Assembly: GCA_963699255.1 (NCBI GenBank)
Contig: OY969425.1
Span: forward strand, 1,050,001-1,082,000
DNA length: 32,000 nucleotides
Reading direction: 5' to 3'
Source: an uncultured bacterium
Lineage (GTDB): Bacteria; Margulisbacteria; WOR-1; CAVSGV01
This document shows positions 8,440-16,940 of the stretch, piece after piece. Under the pieces are notes generated by a model. That model worked only from the letters and a program-made list of their open reading frames with translations. It did not search any database and was not told the origin of the DNA. Positions within the stretch are counted from its first letter, which is position 1, and every line of letters begins with the position of its first letter. The translations under genes and the position numbers were made by a program.

Positions 8440-9805
8440 CGTCTTTGGCATCTTTTTAACGCTGATATTCCTGGCAGTGTTCGGGATACAATGGGGTCTT
8501 CATTGGACGATAATTCTGTTCGCGATCATCGGAGCAATAACGCCCGACATCGACCACCCCCGCTCCGTCATAGGCAAGCTTTTTCCGTATATCTCCATTC
8601 CCCTTGAGCGCAAATATGGCCATCGAACGATAACCCATTCATTCATCGGCTGGGCTATCTTCACCGCAATTTTCGCTTTAATTGTCTTGTTTGTAGCTTT
8701 GATCTTTGGATTCATTTTTAAGTTTGACGCTTGGATTTGGGAATTAGCGCCAAGATGGACAGCCGCGTTCTCCATCTCCTACTTTTCCCACCTGGTGCTT
8801 GATATGTTTAACCGCCGCGGCAGCCAGATGTTCTGGCCGGACCCCAGCAGAGATGTTATCCCAAAAAACCCGAAGTTCAGGCCTGAATCGGGATCAAGCG
8901 GGGAGCTTTTGATCTTCTTTATTCTCTTCGTGCTGATGCTCTTTGCTTTTCCGATTTCCAAATACGGGATAGCAAGCTCGCTCCGCTGGCTAATGGCTAC
9001 TCCCGGATCAGCCATCAAGGAGTTTCAGTCCCTCAAGACCCATTCCTATGTTGAATTTAAGGGTTACTTCACGGAAACAAATGAGCCGGTCGAAGGGATA
9101 GGCGAAATTCTCGATGTCCAAAGTTCTCGACTGGTAATATTATATAAACCTGGCCTGAGTGAAGCCGTGATGGTAAAAGGAGTCGAAGGAGGGCTTGCCC
9201 GCCGAAGCCTTAGCGAAGGCGGGAAGATTTACACTTTAAGCGATGAGCTGGCTGCCGATATATCCGCTTCACATGTCCGGCTGAAAAGAACAAATACCCC
9301 TATAAAAGTCACAAAGAAGGAATTCGAAAATGAGAGCCGTGATGCTCTGCTTGCGCAGATACCCGCTGGCGCGCTTGTTTCGGGAACGGTTAAGCTCCCG
9401 GAAGGAATGGGCCTTCAGTTCCCTGCCTACGCCGGCTCTTATAAACCCTTGAGCCAGAAAAGTGGCGATCTTATTCTCTCTTACGCCTCAAAAGACCAGA
9501 TTGCAAAGCTTGCCCTGACAGAAACTTTTAATCTGCAAAAAAGGAAGGACAAGGCCGACCTCGCACAGCTATACGCTCAAGCGGATAAGCTTAAAAGCCA
9601 GATAGCAGAAGCGGAAACCGGCAACGGTCTTACACCTTTAGGCAAAGAGCTTATGATGAACAAAGATGAGATCAAAAAGCAAAAAGCCCAGCTCGCCGAT
9701 TTGAACGGCCAGCTTGAGGAAATAAATGTTAAAATAGAGGAACTTCAGCTGAAGATAAAGGCCAGAAAGTTCGCATTCTCAGGAGAAGTCTATTTAAGAC
9801 AATAA
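8420..9805 (+). CDS. YdjM/DUF457-like metal-dependent membrane hydrolase with long C-terminal extension ending in a coiled coil
   Basis: APTHSVFG, TPDIDHPRS, KYGHRTITHSFIGW and FSHLVLDMFNRRG are typical YdjM-like His/Asp motifs within TM helices. C-terminus KQKAQLADLNGQLEEINVKIEELQLKIKARK is coiled coil. Confidence 0.75.
   Translation: MLAPTHSVFGIFLTLIFLAVFGIQWGLHWTIILFAIIGAITPDIDHPRSVIGKLFPYISIPLERKYGHRTITHSFIGWAIFTAIFALIVLFVALIFGFIFKFDAWIWELAPRWTAAFSISYFSHLVLDMFNRRGSQMFWPDPSRDVIPKNPKFRPESGSSGELLIFFILFVLMLFAFPISKYGIASSLRWLMATPGSAIKEFQSLKTHSYVEFKGYFTETNEPVEGIGEILDVQSSRLVILYKPGLSEAVMVKGVEGGLARRSLSEGGKIYTLSDELAADISASHVRLKRTNTPIKVTKKEFENESRDALLAQIPAGALVSGTVKLPEGMGLQFPAYAGSYKPLSQKSGDLILSYASKDQIAKLALTETFNLQKRKDKADLAQLYAQADKLKSQIAEAETGNGLTPLGKELMMNKDEIKKQKAQLADLNGQLEEINVKIEELQLKIKARKFAFSGEVYLRQ
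9199..9224. repeat. Palindromic dispersed repeat embedded in coding sequence
   Basis: CCCGCCGAAGCCTTAGCGAAGGCGGG lies in frame within the 8420..9805 CDS (encoding ARRSLSEGG). Confidence 0.6.
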
Positions 9806-9816
9806 GGAGGCTTGAT

Positions 9817-10347
9817 ATGAAGAAATTTGTTGTCTATCTTATTATTGCGAGTTTATTGTCTCCGCTGATTGCTTCTCTTGCTTATGCTTATGAATACACT
9901 CTCGCCACGAATGATCTCCTTGAAGTCAAAATCCTTAATCAGAAGGATATGGACACAAAACAGACTATTACGCCTGATGGCACTATTGCGCTCCCATTCC
10001 TCGGAAGGGTCCAGGCTCAGGGCAAAACGCTCAATGAATTTCAGACCTATTTGACGGCCGAATTCGCCAAGTATGTGGATAAGCCTCAGCTTGTTGTCTA
10101 TCTAACCCCAAGATCGATATATGTAGTTCAGCACGATCTCAAGAAAAATACCTGGGAAGTCAAGGAAGCTAAGTCCATTCCCGAAGCTAAAGCATTCGCT
10201 GGCGAGGATTATACTAAAGAGATCAAATATGGCGATGTTATAACCGTTGATGTCGGACTTCAACCTGACTGGTGGGAAAATAACTGGTATAAAGTGCTCA
10301 CTGGAACAGCTGTTGCAGTTGGAATATACGAAACGCTGAAAAAGTAA
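9817..10347 (+). CDS. Wza-like polysaccharide biosynthesis/export periplasmic or OM protein
   Basis: Signal peptide MKKFVVYLIIASLLSPLIASLAYA followed by YTLATNDLLEVKILNQKDMDTKQTITPDGTIALPFLGRVQAQGKTLNEF, the typical poly_export domain. Confidence 0.8.
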   Translation: MKKFVVYLIIASLLSPLIASLAYAYEYTLATNDLLEVKILNQKDMDTKQTITPDGTIALPFLGRVQAQGKTLNEFQTYLTAEFAKYVDKPQLVVYLTPRSIYVVQHDLKKNTWEVKEAKSIPEAKAFAGEDYTKEIKYGDVITVDVGLQPDWWENNWYKVLTGTAVAVGIYETLKK

Positions 10348-10463
10348 AAGGCGAACTTCTTACCTGACATAAGAAAATCTCTCGGATGATTTCTGGACTA
10401 TCCGGATTGTGGAATAGATGTCTATCTCCAGTAGCTTCGAGTCCAGCACAAAGCCAAATATCC

Positions 10464-10492
10464 TTGACTTTCCTTTACCCTTCGTGTAAAGT
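10464..10492 (+). promoter_or_regulatory. Sigma-70-like promoter upstream of the HigB-like toxin gene
   Basis: TTGACT (10464-10469), 17-nt spacer, TAAAGT (10487-10492); ATG at 10505. Confidence 0.5.
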
Positions 10493-10504
10493 GTTTTGGA
10501 TGAT

Positions 10505-10837
10505 ATGGACATTAACTTTAAAACATCAAAACTTGAGAAAACCTTTAACTCTTCAAAGAAGCTTAGTATTGAATATGGGCAGAATGCCGAGGTAATTATG
10601 AACAGAATGAAGCTTTTCCAAGAGGTCGTATGCCTGAACGATGTGCCTGTTACAAAGCCACCAAGGAGACATTCTCTCAAAGGAGACAGGGAAAATCAGT
10701 TCGCAGTTGATTTAAGACAAGGCTTTAGGATTACCTTTTGCGCTAACCATGACCCGCTCCCACTTAAAGAGGATGGTGGGATTGATTTAATGAAAGTAAC
10801 GGCAATTACTATTTTAAGTGTGGTGAATTACCATTGA
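10505..10837 (+). CDS. higB: HigB-like (RelE superfamily) toxin
   Basis: SKLEKTFNSSKKLSIEYGQNAEVIMNRMKLF...PPRRHSLKGDRENQFAVDLRQGFRITFCANHDPLPLKEDGGIDLMKVTAITILSVVNYH matches the plasmid-maintenance killer family. Confidence 0.85.
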   Translation: MDINFKTSKLEKTFNSSKKLSIEYGQNAEVIMNRMKLFQEVVCLNDVPVTKPPRRHSLKGDRENQFAVDLRQGFRITFCANHDPLPLKEDGGIDLMKVTAITILSVVNYH

Positions 10838-11070
10838 ATATGACTAACAATAAAAATACATATAATCCGGACTATGCAGTACATCCTGGAGTAATAATCG
10901 AGGAAACACTCTCTGTATTGGGGATGAAAAAGAGCGATCTAGCTATACGCACTGAGCTTTCATTAAAGACAATAAGCCAAATAATAAATGGTAAAGAGTT
11001 TATTACACCAGAAACAGCAGTAAAGCTTGAAAGAGTATTAGGAATGCAAGCGTATATTTGGAGGAACTAG
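10834..11070 (+). CDS. higA: XRE-family antitoxin HTH, HigA-like
   Basis: HPGVIIEETLSVLGMKKSDLAIRTELSLKTISQIINGKEFITPETAVKLERVLGMQAYIWRN; overlaps the toxin stop by 4 nt. Confidence 0.85.
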   Translation: MNMTNNKNTYNPDYAVHPGVIIEETLSVLGMKKSDLAIRTELSLKTISQIINGKEFITPETAVKLERVLGMQAYIWRN

Positions 11071-11930
11071 ATAGTTCATATCGTATATTTATTGCGAAAC
11101 AAAAAGATCAAGAGAAATATGCCGCGGCACAACGATGGATTAAAAGATTCCCCATAAAAGAACTGATTGAGAGGGGCTATCTAAAGGGTTCAGATAATAT
11201 TAATGAACTTACCGAACAGCTTTTAACTTTCTTTTCGGCTGGATCGTTAAATTCATTTAAAAGTCAAATAACTAATGTTGCTTTCCGCAAATCAGCAGCT
11301 TACCAGAGTAAGCCTGAAAGTGTTATGACTTGGCTTAGAATAGGCCAAGTTGAAGCGCAAAACACTGAAGCGCCATTGTTTAACAGGGACATGTTTACTT
11401 CTAATCTAAAAGAAATTAAGAGATTAACAACATGTAAATCAATTAAAGAAATGCTATTAAGAACGAGGGAATTATGCCTGAAGAGTGGCGTTGTTGTCTT
11501 ATATATTGAAGAAATTGAGCAAACTAGAGCAAGTGGTGCGGCATTTTGGTTAACCAAAGATAAACCGGTCATCATGCTTAGCTCTCGATATAAAACCGAT
11601 GATCATTTCTGGTTTAGTTTTTTCCATGAATGTGGACACCTGCTCAATGATAGCAAGAAAACAACATTTATAGATTATGATGATAATGAAGAAGATGCGA
11701 ACATCTTTGCAGGCAATTTCTTGATTCCACAAAAAGATTATGATGAGTATTTCGGGCAATTTAGAAATGCCGATTTAAACGCAATTATCGTTAATACTTT
11801 TGCTAAGAAAATTGGAATCGCTCCTGGAATTGTTGTCGGTAGGCTTCAAAAAGACAAAAAAATCGATTATGCCAAACAATATTCAAATCTACAAAAGAAA
11901 ATTGACTTTAAAGAAATTAATCGAACATGA
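11058..11930 (+). CDS. ImmA/IrrE-family zinc metallopeptidase (C-terminal part of a HigA-ImmA/IrrE type protein)
   Basis: HExxH in FWFSFFHECGHLLNDSK with downstream DNEEDANIFAGNFLIP. The listed start is a TTG overlapping the XRE ORF. Confidence 0.85.
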   Translation: MEELDSSYRIFIAKQKDQEKYAAAQRWIKRFPIKELIERGYLKGSDNINELTEQLLTFFSAGSLNSFKSQITNVAFRKSAAYQSKPESVMTWLRIGQVEAQNTEAPLFNRDMFTSNLKEIKRLTTCKSIKEMLLRTRELCLKSGVVVLYIEEIEQTRASGAAFWLTKDKPVIMLSSRYKTDDHFWFSFFHECGHLLNDSKKTTFIDYDDNEEDANIFAGNFLIPQKDYDEYFGQFRNADLNAIIVNTFAKKIGIAPGIVVGRLQKDKKIDYAKQYSNLQKKIDFKEINRT

Positions 11931-13168
11931 ACACTTTTTACGTGCCAATATTAAAAGCAAAAGAGGGAGAATTGTCTGCATTGAATGAGCTCTCCGGGAA
12001 TGTGGCGAAAAAAGTATTTCCTTTATTAGAAATCGTGCCGGATACTCGTTTACTTTCTATTAATGAAAAAATCAAAATAAACGATTCCATAACTAAGCTA
12101 ACCAAGAAAAGTCCTCATAAATTTACATATAAAGACAAAAAAGGAACCCTTCATGTCAAAGGGAGAATGACAGAAAAAGAGTTAGCATATTTGAGAGATA
12201 TTTCAAAGGAATTGAACGATGAGGTATATGCCGCAGCTGTCAACCAACTATACACAAGATCAAACCCAACCATTCAGGATTATCTTAAAGGGGTTTTTAC
12301 TAAGATGGTTGCTTTCAAGCTTACAGGAAGGACTTTATATATTGACTTTCATCATCTCGAAGAAAACAAGCATAGGGTGAATTTATTGGAATTAATATTA
12401 CAAGAGATAAGCATGAATAACATCAAAGCCATTCTTGTCTTTAGCGTTGAGGAGTTAAATAAATATAGTAAAACAATTATTGAGAGCGGAATAAAATCTC
12501 TGGCGATTAGAATTAATGGAAATGAAATCGATTCGCTTAAGGAGATTAAGGCCCAGCTCAAAACAAATCTGGATATTCCAATAAATCAGGTTGACTTAAT
12601 TATTGATCACAAAAGCCTTCAAGGAGGCGACAATCAATTATACGTTAGAGAATATGAAAGAATTACGGAAAAGGATGTATGGGGAAGATTGATATTTGCT
12701 GGGGCATCATTTCCTGTGGATCTGATGGGATATCCCCCCTACAGTGAACATGACATCCCAAGAATTGAATGGCAACAATGGAAATATTTGGCAGAAAAAC
12801 ATGATAATAAAAATATAACTTATTCGGATTACACTATAAGGAGTTCGCAATTACCTCTTGCAAAATTTGGAATTAGTCCAAGTGCAAACATTCGATATAC
12901 TCACGACGATATTTGGTTTTTAGTCCGAGGCAAATCTATAAAACACGACCCAAAGGGGAACAAGCAATATTATGATATATCAAATACAATTTTAGTTGAT
13001 GCTAAATATGCCGGTGAAAATCATTGTGAGGGGGATAAACTTATTAATATGTGCGCAAATAAAAAGTGTGGCCCTGGAAATCAGACTACTTGGATAACCG
13101 CTGGTATAACACATCATATTACGACGGTTGTTGAGCAGCTCTCCAGTTTTCTCGGGACTTTAAAGTAG
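11927..13168 (+). CDS. Beta family protein (Pfam 'Beta protein' type)
   Basis: MNTFYVPILKAKEGELSALNELSGNVAKKVFPLLEIVP matches the family N-terminus (YvPilkaKqgEl.AL..l...v...i.PllEi); 4-nt ATGA overlap with the upstream stop. Confidence 0.75.
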   Translation: MNTFYVPILKAKEGELSALNELSGNVAKKVFPLLEIVPDTRLLSINEKIKINDSITKLTKKSPHKFTYKDKKGTLHVKGRMTEKELAYLRDISKELNDEVYAAAVNQLYTRSNPTIQDYLKGVFTKMVAFKLTGRTLYIDFHHLEENKHRVNLLELILQEISMNNIKAILVFSVEELNKYSKTIIESGIKSLAIRINGNEIDSLKEIKAQLKTNLDIPINQVDLIIDHKSLQGGDNQLYVREYERITEKDVWGRLIFAGASFPVDLMGYPPYSEHDIPRIEWQQWKYLAEKHDNKNITYSDYTIRSSQLPLAKFGISPSANIRYTHDDIWFLVRGKSIKHDPKGNKQYYDISNTILVDAKYAGENHCEGDKLINMCANKKCGPGNQTTWITAGITHHITTVVEQLSSFLGTLK

Positions 13169-13716
13169 TGCGCACGTAATCTTTCAGTACAACTAATGGG
13201 AAATCATTGGCAAGCATTCCCCATAACAAATATTTTGGCTTACTAATTATCCCCTTTTCTACACCGTGCAATTTAAAGAATTTCAACGATTTCACTTTTC
13301 CATAACAATTGAACAAGCGAAAAAGCATCTACATTATTGTTAAATCTATTTTGCCTAATCATCGTAAATTCTTTATCTTTCTTAAATCTTGGAATCAATT
13401 TAATGCCCCACCATGAGGGGATCATTTTTTTTGCTGACTTTAAATGCGCCTCATTCAATACAAGGGTAACAGTGTCCATAACCTTGTTATACACGACTAT
13501 TTGTGAGGGCAATCTTGCTAGCGTATCAAAGTCACTCTTTATTTCATATCCGTGCATATACCCATTAACTGCAGCTATATCAATCCTTGCCCCACCCTGG
13601 CACAATTCAAATTCCTCAATAATAGTGGTATTTTTCTCGGGTTTTAGCGTTGCCTCATGCTTGTAAAGGAGTTTTCTTATGTCTGCATCATACAAAGGAC
13701 TATACGACCTGGACAT
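13119..13716 (-). pseudogene. sce7726 family protein (PD-(D/E)XK-like), split into two frames
   Basis: Frame A (13273..13716): DIRKLLYKHEATLKPEKNTTIIEEFELCQGGARIDIAAVNGYMHGYEIKSDFDTLARLPSQIVVYNKV. Frame B (13119..13328 ORF) continues KLHGVEKGIISKPKYLLWGMLANDFPLVVLKDYVRTTLKSRENWR. The change of frame falls near CTTTAAA at about 13275. May be mutation, sequencing error or frameshifting. Confidence 0.65.
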
Positions 13717-13853
13717 ATATAGGCCCCCCCTTTTTTTAACTGTGTGAAATTATACGCTTTTAAATTATTGATGCAAGGTAAGAAGATTGGTAAGCTGTGA
13801 TAAGAGGCACTTACGTCTCTTCCCAGTAAGTGCCTCAACCTTAACACGACAGT

Positions 13854-16800
13854 TCATTTTCCAAGAAAATCAATCTCATCGATCTCTTTCATAATTTTAT
13901 CCGTTTCTGTCAGAGCAACAACAATCTTCTGATAATGCTCAATGTCTTCATTAGATAGCTTGCGCCCTTTTCGGTCCTTGAGCCATTTTTGCGCAGGCTG
14001 GTAGCCGCCAATATAGAAGTTCCACGCAATTTCCGGTACTTTACCAAAGTATTGTGTCGCATTTATAAATACCTTGCTGTCTTTATAGGTTAGCTTATCA
14101 ACAGTATCCGACCCCTCAACAGGGAAGGTTGTAATATATTTTTCTACTTTAGGTGATTCGAGCAGATGCAATCCACGCAATTCTGCGCCGAGCTTTACCA
14201 GCCCATTGAATGTCTTTGCGTCTTTCGGATAAGGCACTCGTGGAAAATCAATCTTTAAGAATTCCTTATACTTTTCGCGGTAACTTGGTGAATGTAAAAC
14301 CGCGTATATATAATCAAAAATATCTTCGGGGTTACTCTTCTTGACGATCCGTTCTATTGCATCGACAATAACCTTGCTAGTATTTGCTACTCGTCTCGCA
14401 TCATCAGCACAAAGATATAGCGGAAACACTGTATCAATACTTACACTGTCTGAACGTATATATCCATTAACTAAAGGCCCGTTTGCAATAAAATAATATG
14501 AAGAAGGCATATTAGCAGGAGAACGATTTACTGTTACCAAACCGATATTCCTCACAATTAAATGTCGCATAACTTCTTTCCTCATTCGCTCAATAAAATC
14601 TTTATGATAATATACAAAGCGAGTGTCAAATGGTCTATAACATATTGAGACAGTGTTGTTACTATTAAAGTCATGCTTCAGAGCCTCTGCGATCTTCCAT
14701 CCCGCATTCTCCTTTAATGAGTATTTTGACTTTGCCTCTTGTGGCGATTGGCAACAAAGAAAATTCTTAACTCTTTTTTCCAGTGTCTCTCTGTCAAAAT
14801 CAACAATAAAATCATCGCGCGAAGTTACAACCCCAACACTTGACACAGGAAATAATTCGGCAACAGAGAATCCTTTTCCATACTGCTCCCTGATTGCCTC
14901 ATTACGGGCTATCCATTCATAATTCGGCTCAATCGGGCATACAGTTTTCCATCCCACAGAATCAATTGAATGTGAGTCTAAATACTTAAACTTATCTGAA
15001 CGTGAGCCATAACAGTCAGCATGAAATATTTTTGCTTGATTATTCTTGCTATTCTTCTTTTTTAACCCAACAAATATAGAAACTCCAGTTTTAATATCAA
15101 AAACATTCTTATCGTCAGCCCCTTTAGGTGTTTTCTCTTGTTTATTTGCGTTGCCATGAAGATCAAGCACATATATCTCATCAAATGTTTTCATAAGACG
15201 GAATCGCATACCGCGAAAAGTAGGATTGTCAATGTAGCCGTGCGCTGTGATCATTGCCACTATGCCTTCTCCGGTTTTTTCGATCATACTTTCAGCATAC
15301 CTAATAAATTTTACATAATCATCATTCAGCCATTTTGAATTTCGCTCCTGCAATCTTCCACCTGTCGGTTCAACCTTATATACATCATTACCTGTATACG
15401 AAGCGTTACTTGATTCGCCTGAATAAGGTGGATTACCAATTACCACCATTATTGGTGTCTCATTTTTGATTTTGCTTGCTTCTTTTGCTTCTTCAGCAAT
15501 GCTTTCGGCCAAACCAAAAGAAAGCATGTCCTGTTGCACCTCGGTTTGTTCAAGAGAATTTGTCAAATAAATGCCTAATCTATTGTTAAATATCTTAAAC
15601 CCTGTCTTTTTGAATGCCATGCTTAATTTGAGATGCGCGATAGTATATGGCGTCATCATAATTTCGAACCCATGAAGACGCGGTAAAAGGTCATTGTGAA
15701 CATATGTTGTCCATCTTCCCTTTTGCCCCTGTTCGATCAATCTTTTATAGATTGTGTCAATAGTCGCGCTTATAAATGTGCCGGTTCCAACCGCTGGATC
15801 CAGGATTTGAACACGATGTTTTCCATTTGACAGCTTTGAAGAATCAGCAAGACCATTTGGAAGGCCAAACTCTTTTTGCAGAATGTAGTCTACCGAACGT
15901 ACAATAAAGTTTACTACCGGCAGCGGGGTATAATACGCCCCCATTTTCTTGCGAAGCTCTGGGTCATATTCTTTAAGAAAATCTTCATAAAAATGAATAA
16001 CGGGGTCCGGGCTCGCATGTTCTTGGCCGCCAATATCAATTTTGAAGTATTGACTCATCAGCTGTTGAACGTTCGCATGCAGAAAGACGATACAAAGTTC
16101 ATCAACAATATATTTTAAACGATCATCGTAGTCAGCTCCGGCAATATGATCAAAAAAGTGACGAAGGAAAGGGTTGGATGCCGGAACCAGATCCCTGGCT
16201 TCCTGACGGGAGAATGTATCCGGAGTTTCATCGTTATAACGAGCGACAAATAGCCCATAAACAAGTGTTTGCGCGTACATATCCGCAAAAGTATCTACGG
16301 TCAGGTCATGCACAAGTAATTTTTTTATTGTTTCATATACCCGCAATAGTCCCGCATTTTTCTTTGAATCTCTATCCGAAGAGAGATAGTGCCTAATATT
16401 ATCCCTTATTCTTTGCGCCTTTCCCCCCATGATCTTTGCAAGGTGCTCTCCTGATTTGATCGGCTCTTTTTGAGATTGCGTAAAGTCAACAAGGGTTTTC
16501 GCGACTTGTTCATAATTCTCCGGTAAAGGAGAGATAGTGCGGTTCTCTTTGTCAAAGCTTGCTATTTTGATCGGCTCTTCATAAGAAACCCCATTCCTGT
16601 AAAACCTAAATTCCAAATAATCCGTCAGCACCAAATTCGTATAGCCATAATACCTTGCCATTTGTTCGGATTTCTCAACCTTATCAAGCGAGATCCCAAT
16701 ATCTTTTGTTTCAATATAGAGGATAGGAACACTATTATTGATCACGACAAAATCCGGCTTATTCCCTTCTGCAGCCCTTTCATCGTGACCGATGCGTTGA

Positions 16801-16940
16801 ACCTTTATCGACTCGAATATGCCATTTAACAATATTTCAAAGTCGGTACGGTACCCCATCTCGCTTGTTTCTTTGTGGGCAAATTTAGAAGCGACAGACT
16901 TTAGATATTTGGAAACTAAATCATTTTTATTTTCTGCCAT
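13854..16940 (-). CDS. Single-polypeptide Type IIG-like restriction-modification enzyme (N-terminal PD-(D/E)XK nuclease, N6-adenine methyltransferase, C-terminal specificity region)
   Basis: N-term KPDFVVINNSVPILYIETK (D...ExK), MTase motif I VQILDPAVGTGTF and motif IV VIGNPPYSGE. No helicase motifs are seen between nuclease and MTase. Confidence 0.85.
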   Translation of the reverse strand: MAENKNDLVSKYLKSVASKFAHKETSEMGYRTDFEILLNGIFESIKVQRIGHDERAAEGNKPDFVVINNSVPILYIETKDIGISLDKVEKSEQMARYYGYTNLVLTDYLEFRFYRNGVSYEEPIKIASFDKENRTISPLPENYEQVAKTLVDFTQSQKEPIKSGEHLAKIMGGKAQRIRDNIRHYLSSDRDSKKNAGLLRVYETIKKLLVHDLTVDTFADMYAQTLVYGLFVARYNDETPDTFSRQEARDLVPASNPFLRHFFDHIAGADYDDRLKYIVDELCIVFLHANVQQLMSQYFKIDIGGQEHASPDPVIHFYEDFLKEYDPELRKKMGAYYTPLPVVNFIVRSVDYILQKEFGLPNGLADSSKLSNGKHRVQILDPAVGTGTFISATIDTIYKRLIEQGQKGRWTTYVHNDLLPRLHGFEIMMTPYTIAHLKLSMAFKKTGFKIFNNRLGIYLTNSLEQTEVQQDMLSFGLAESIAEEAKEASKIKNETPIMVVIGNPPYSGESSNASYTGNDVYKVEPTGGRLQERNSKWLNDDYVKFIRYAESMIEKTGEGIVAMITAHGYIDNPTFRGMRFRLMKTFDEIYVLDLHGNANKQEKTPKGADDKNVFDIKTGVSIFVGLKKKNSKNNQAKIFHADCYGSRSDKFKYLDSHSIDSVGWKTVCPIEPNYEWIARNEAIREQYGKGFSVAELFPVSSVGVVTSRDDFIVDFDRETLEKRVKNFLCCQSPQEAKSKYSLKENAGWKIAEALKHDFNSNNTVSICYRPFDTRFVYYHKDFIERMRKEVMRHLIVRNIGLVTVNRSPANMPSSYYFIANGPLVNGYIRSDSVSIDTVFPLYLCADDARRVANTSKVIVDAIERIVKKSNPEDIFDYIYAVLHSPSYREKYKEFLKIDFPRVPYPKDAKTFNGLVKLGAELRGLHLLESPKVEKYITTFPVEGSDTVDKLTYKDSKVFINATQYFGKVPEIAWNFYIGGYQPAQKWLKDRKGRKLSNEDIEHYQKIVVALTETDKIMKEIDEIDFLGK

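Noticed and set aside
8456-9018. Small + and - strand ORFs inside the YdjM-like gene
   Set aside because: The main frame has clear family motifs; the alternatives are shadow ORFs.
9817-10347. Capsule/EPS operon based on the Wza-like gene
   Set aside because: No glycosyltransferases, Wzx/Wzy or Wzc-like genes are nearby; only the single export-like domain is supported.
14653-16396. Plus-strand ORFs antisense to the restriction-modification gene
   Set aside because: Sequence of the minus-strand enzyme is conserved-looking throughout; the antisense ORFs have no recognisable features.
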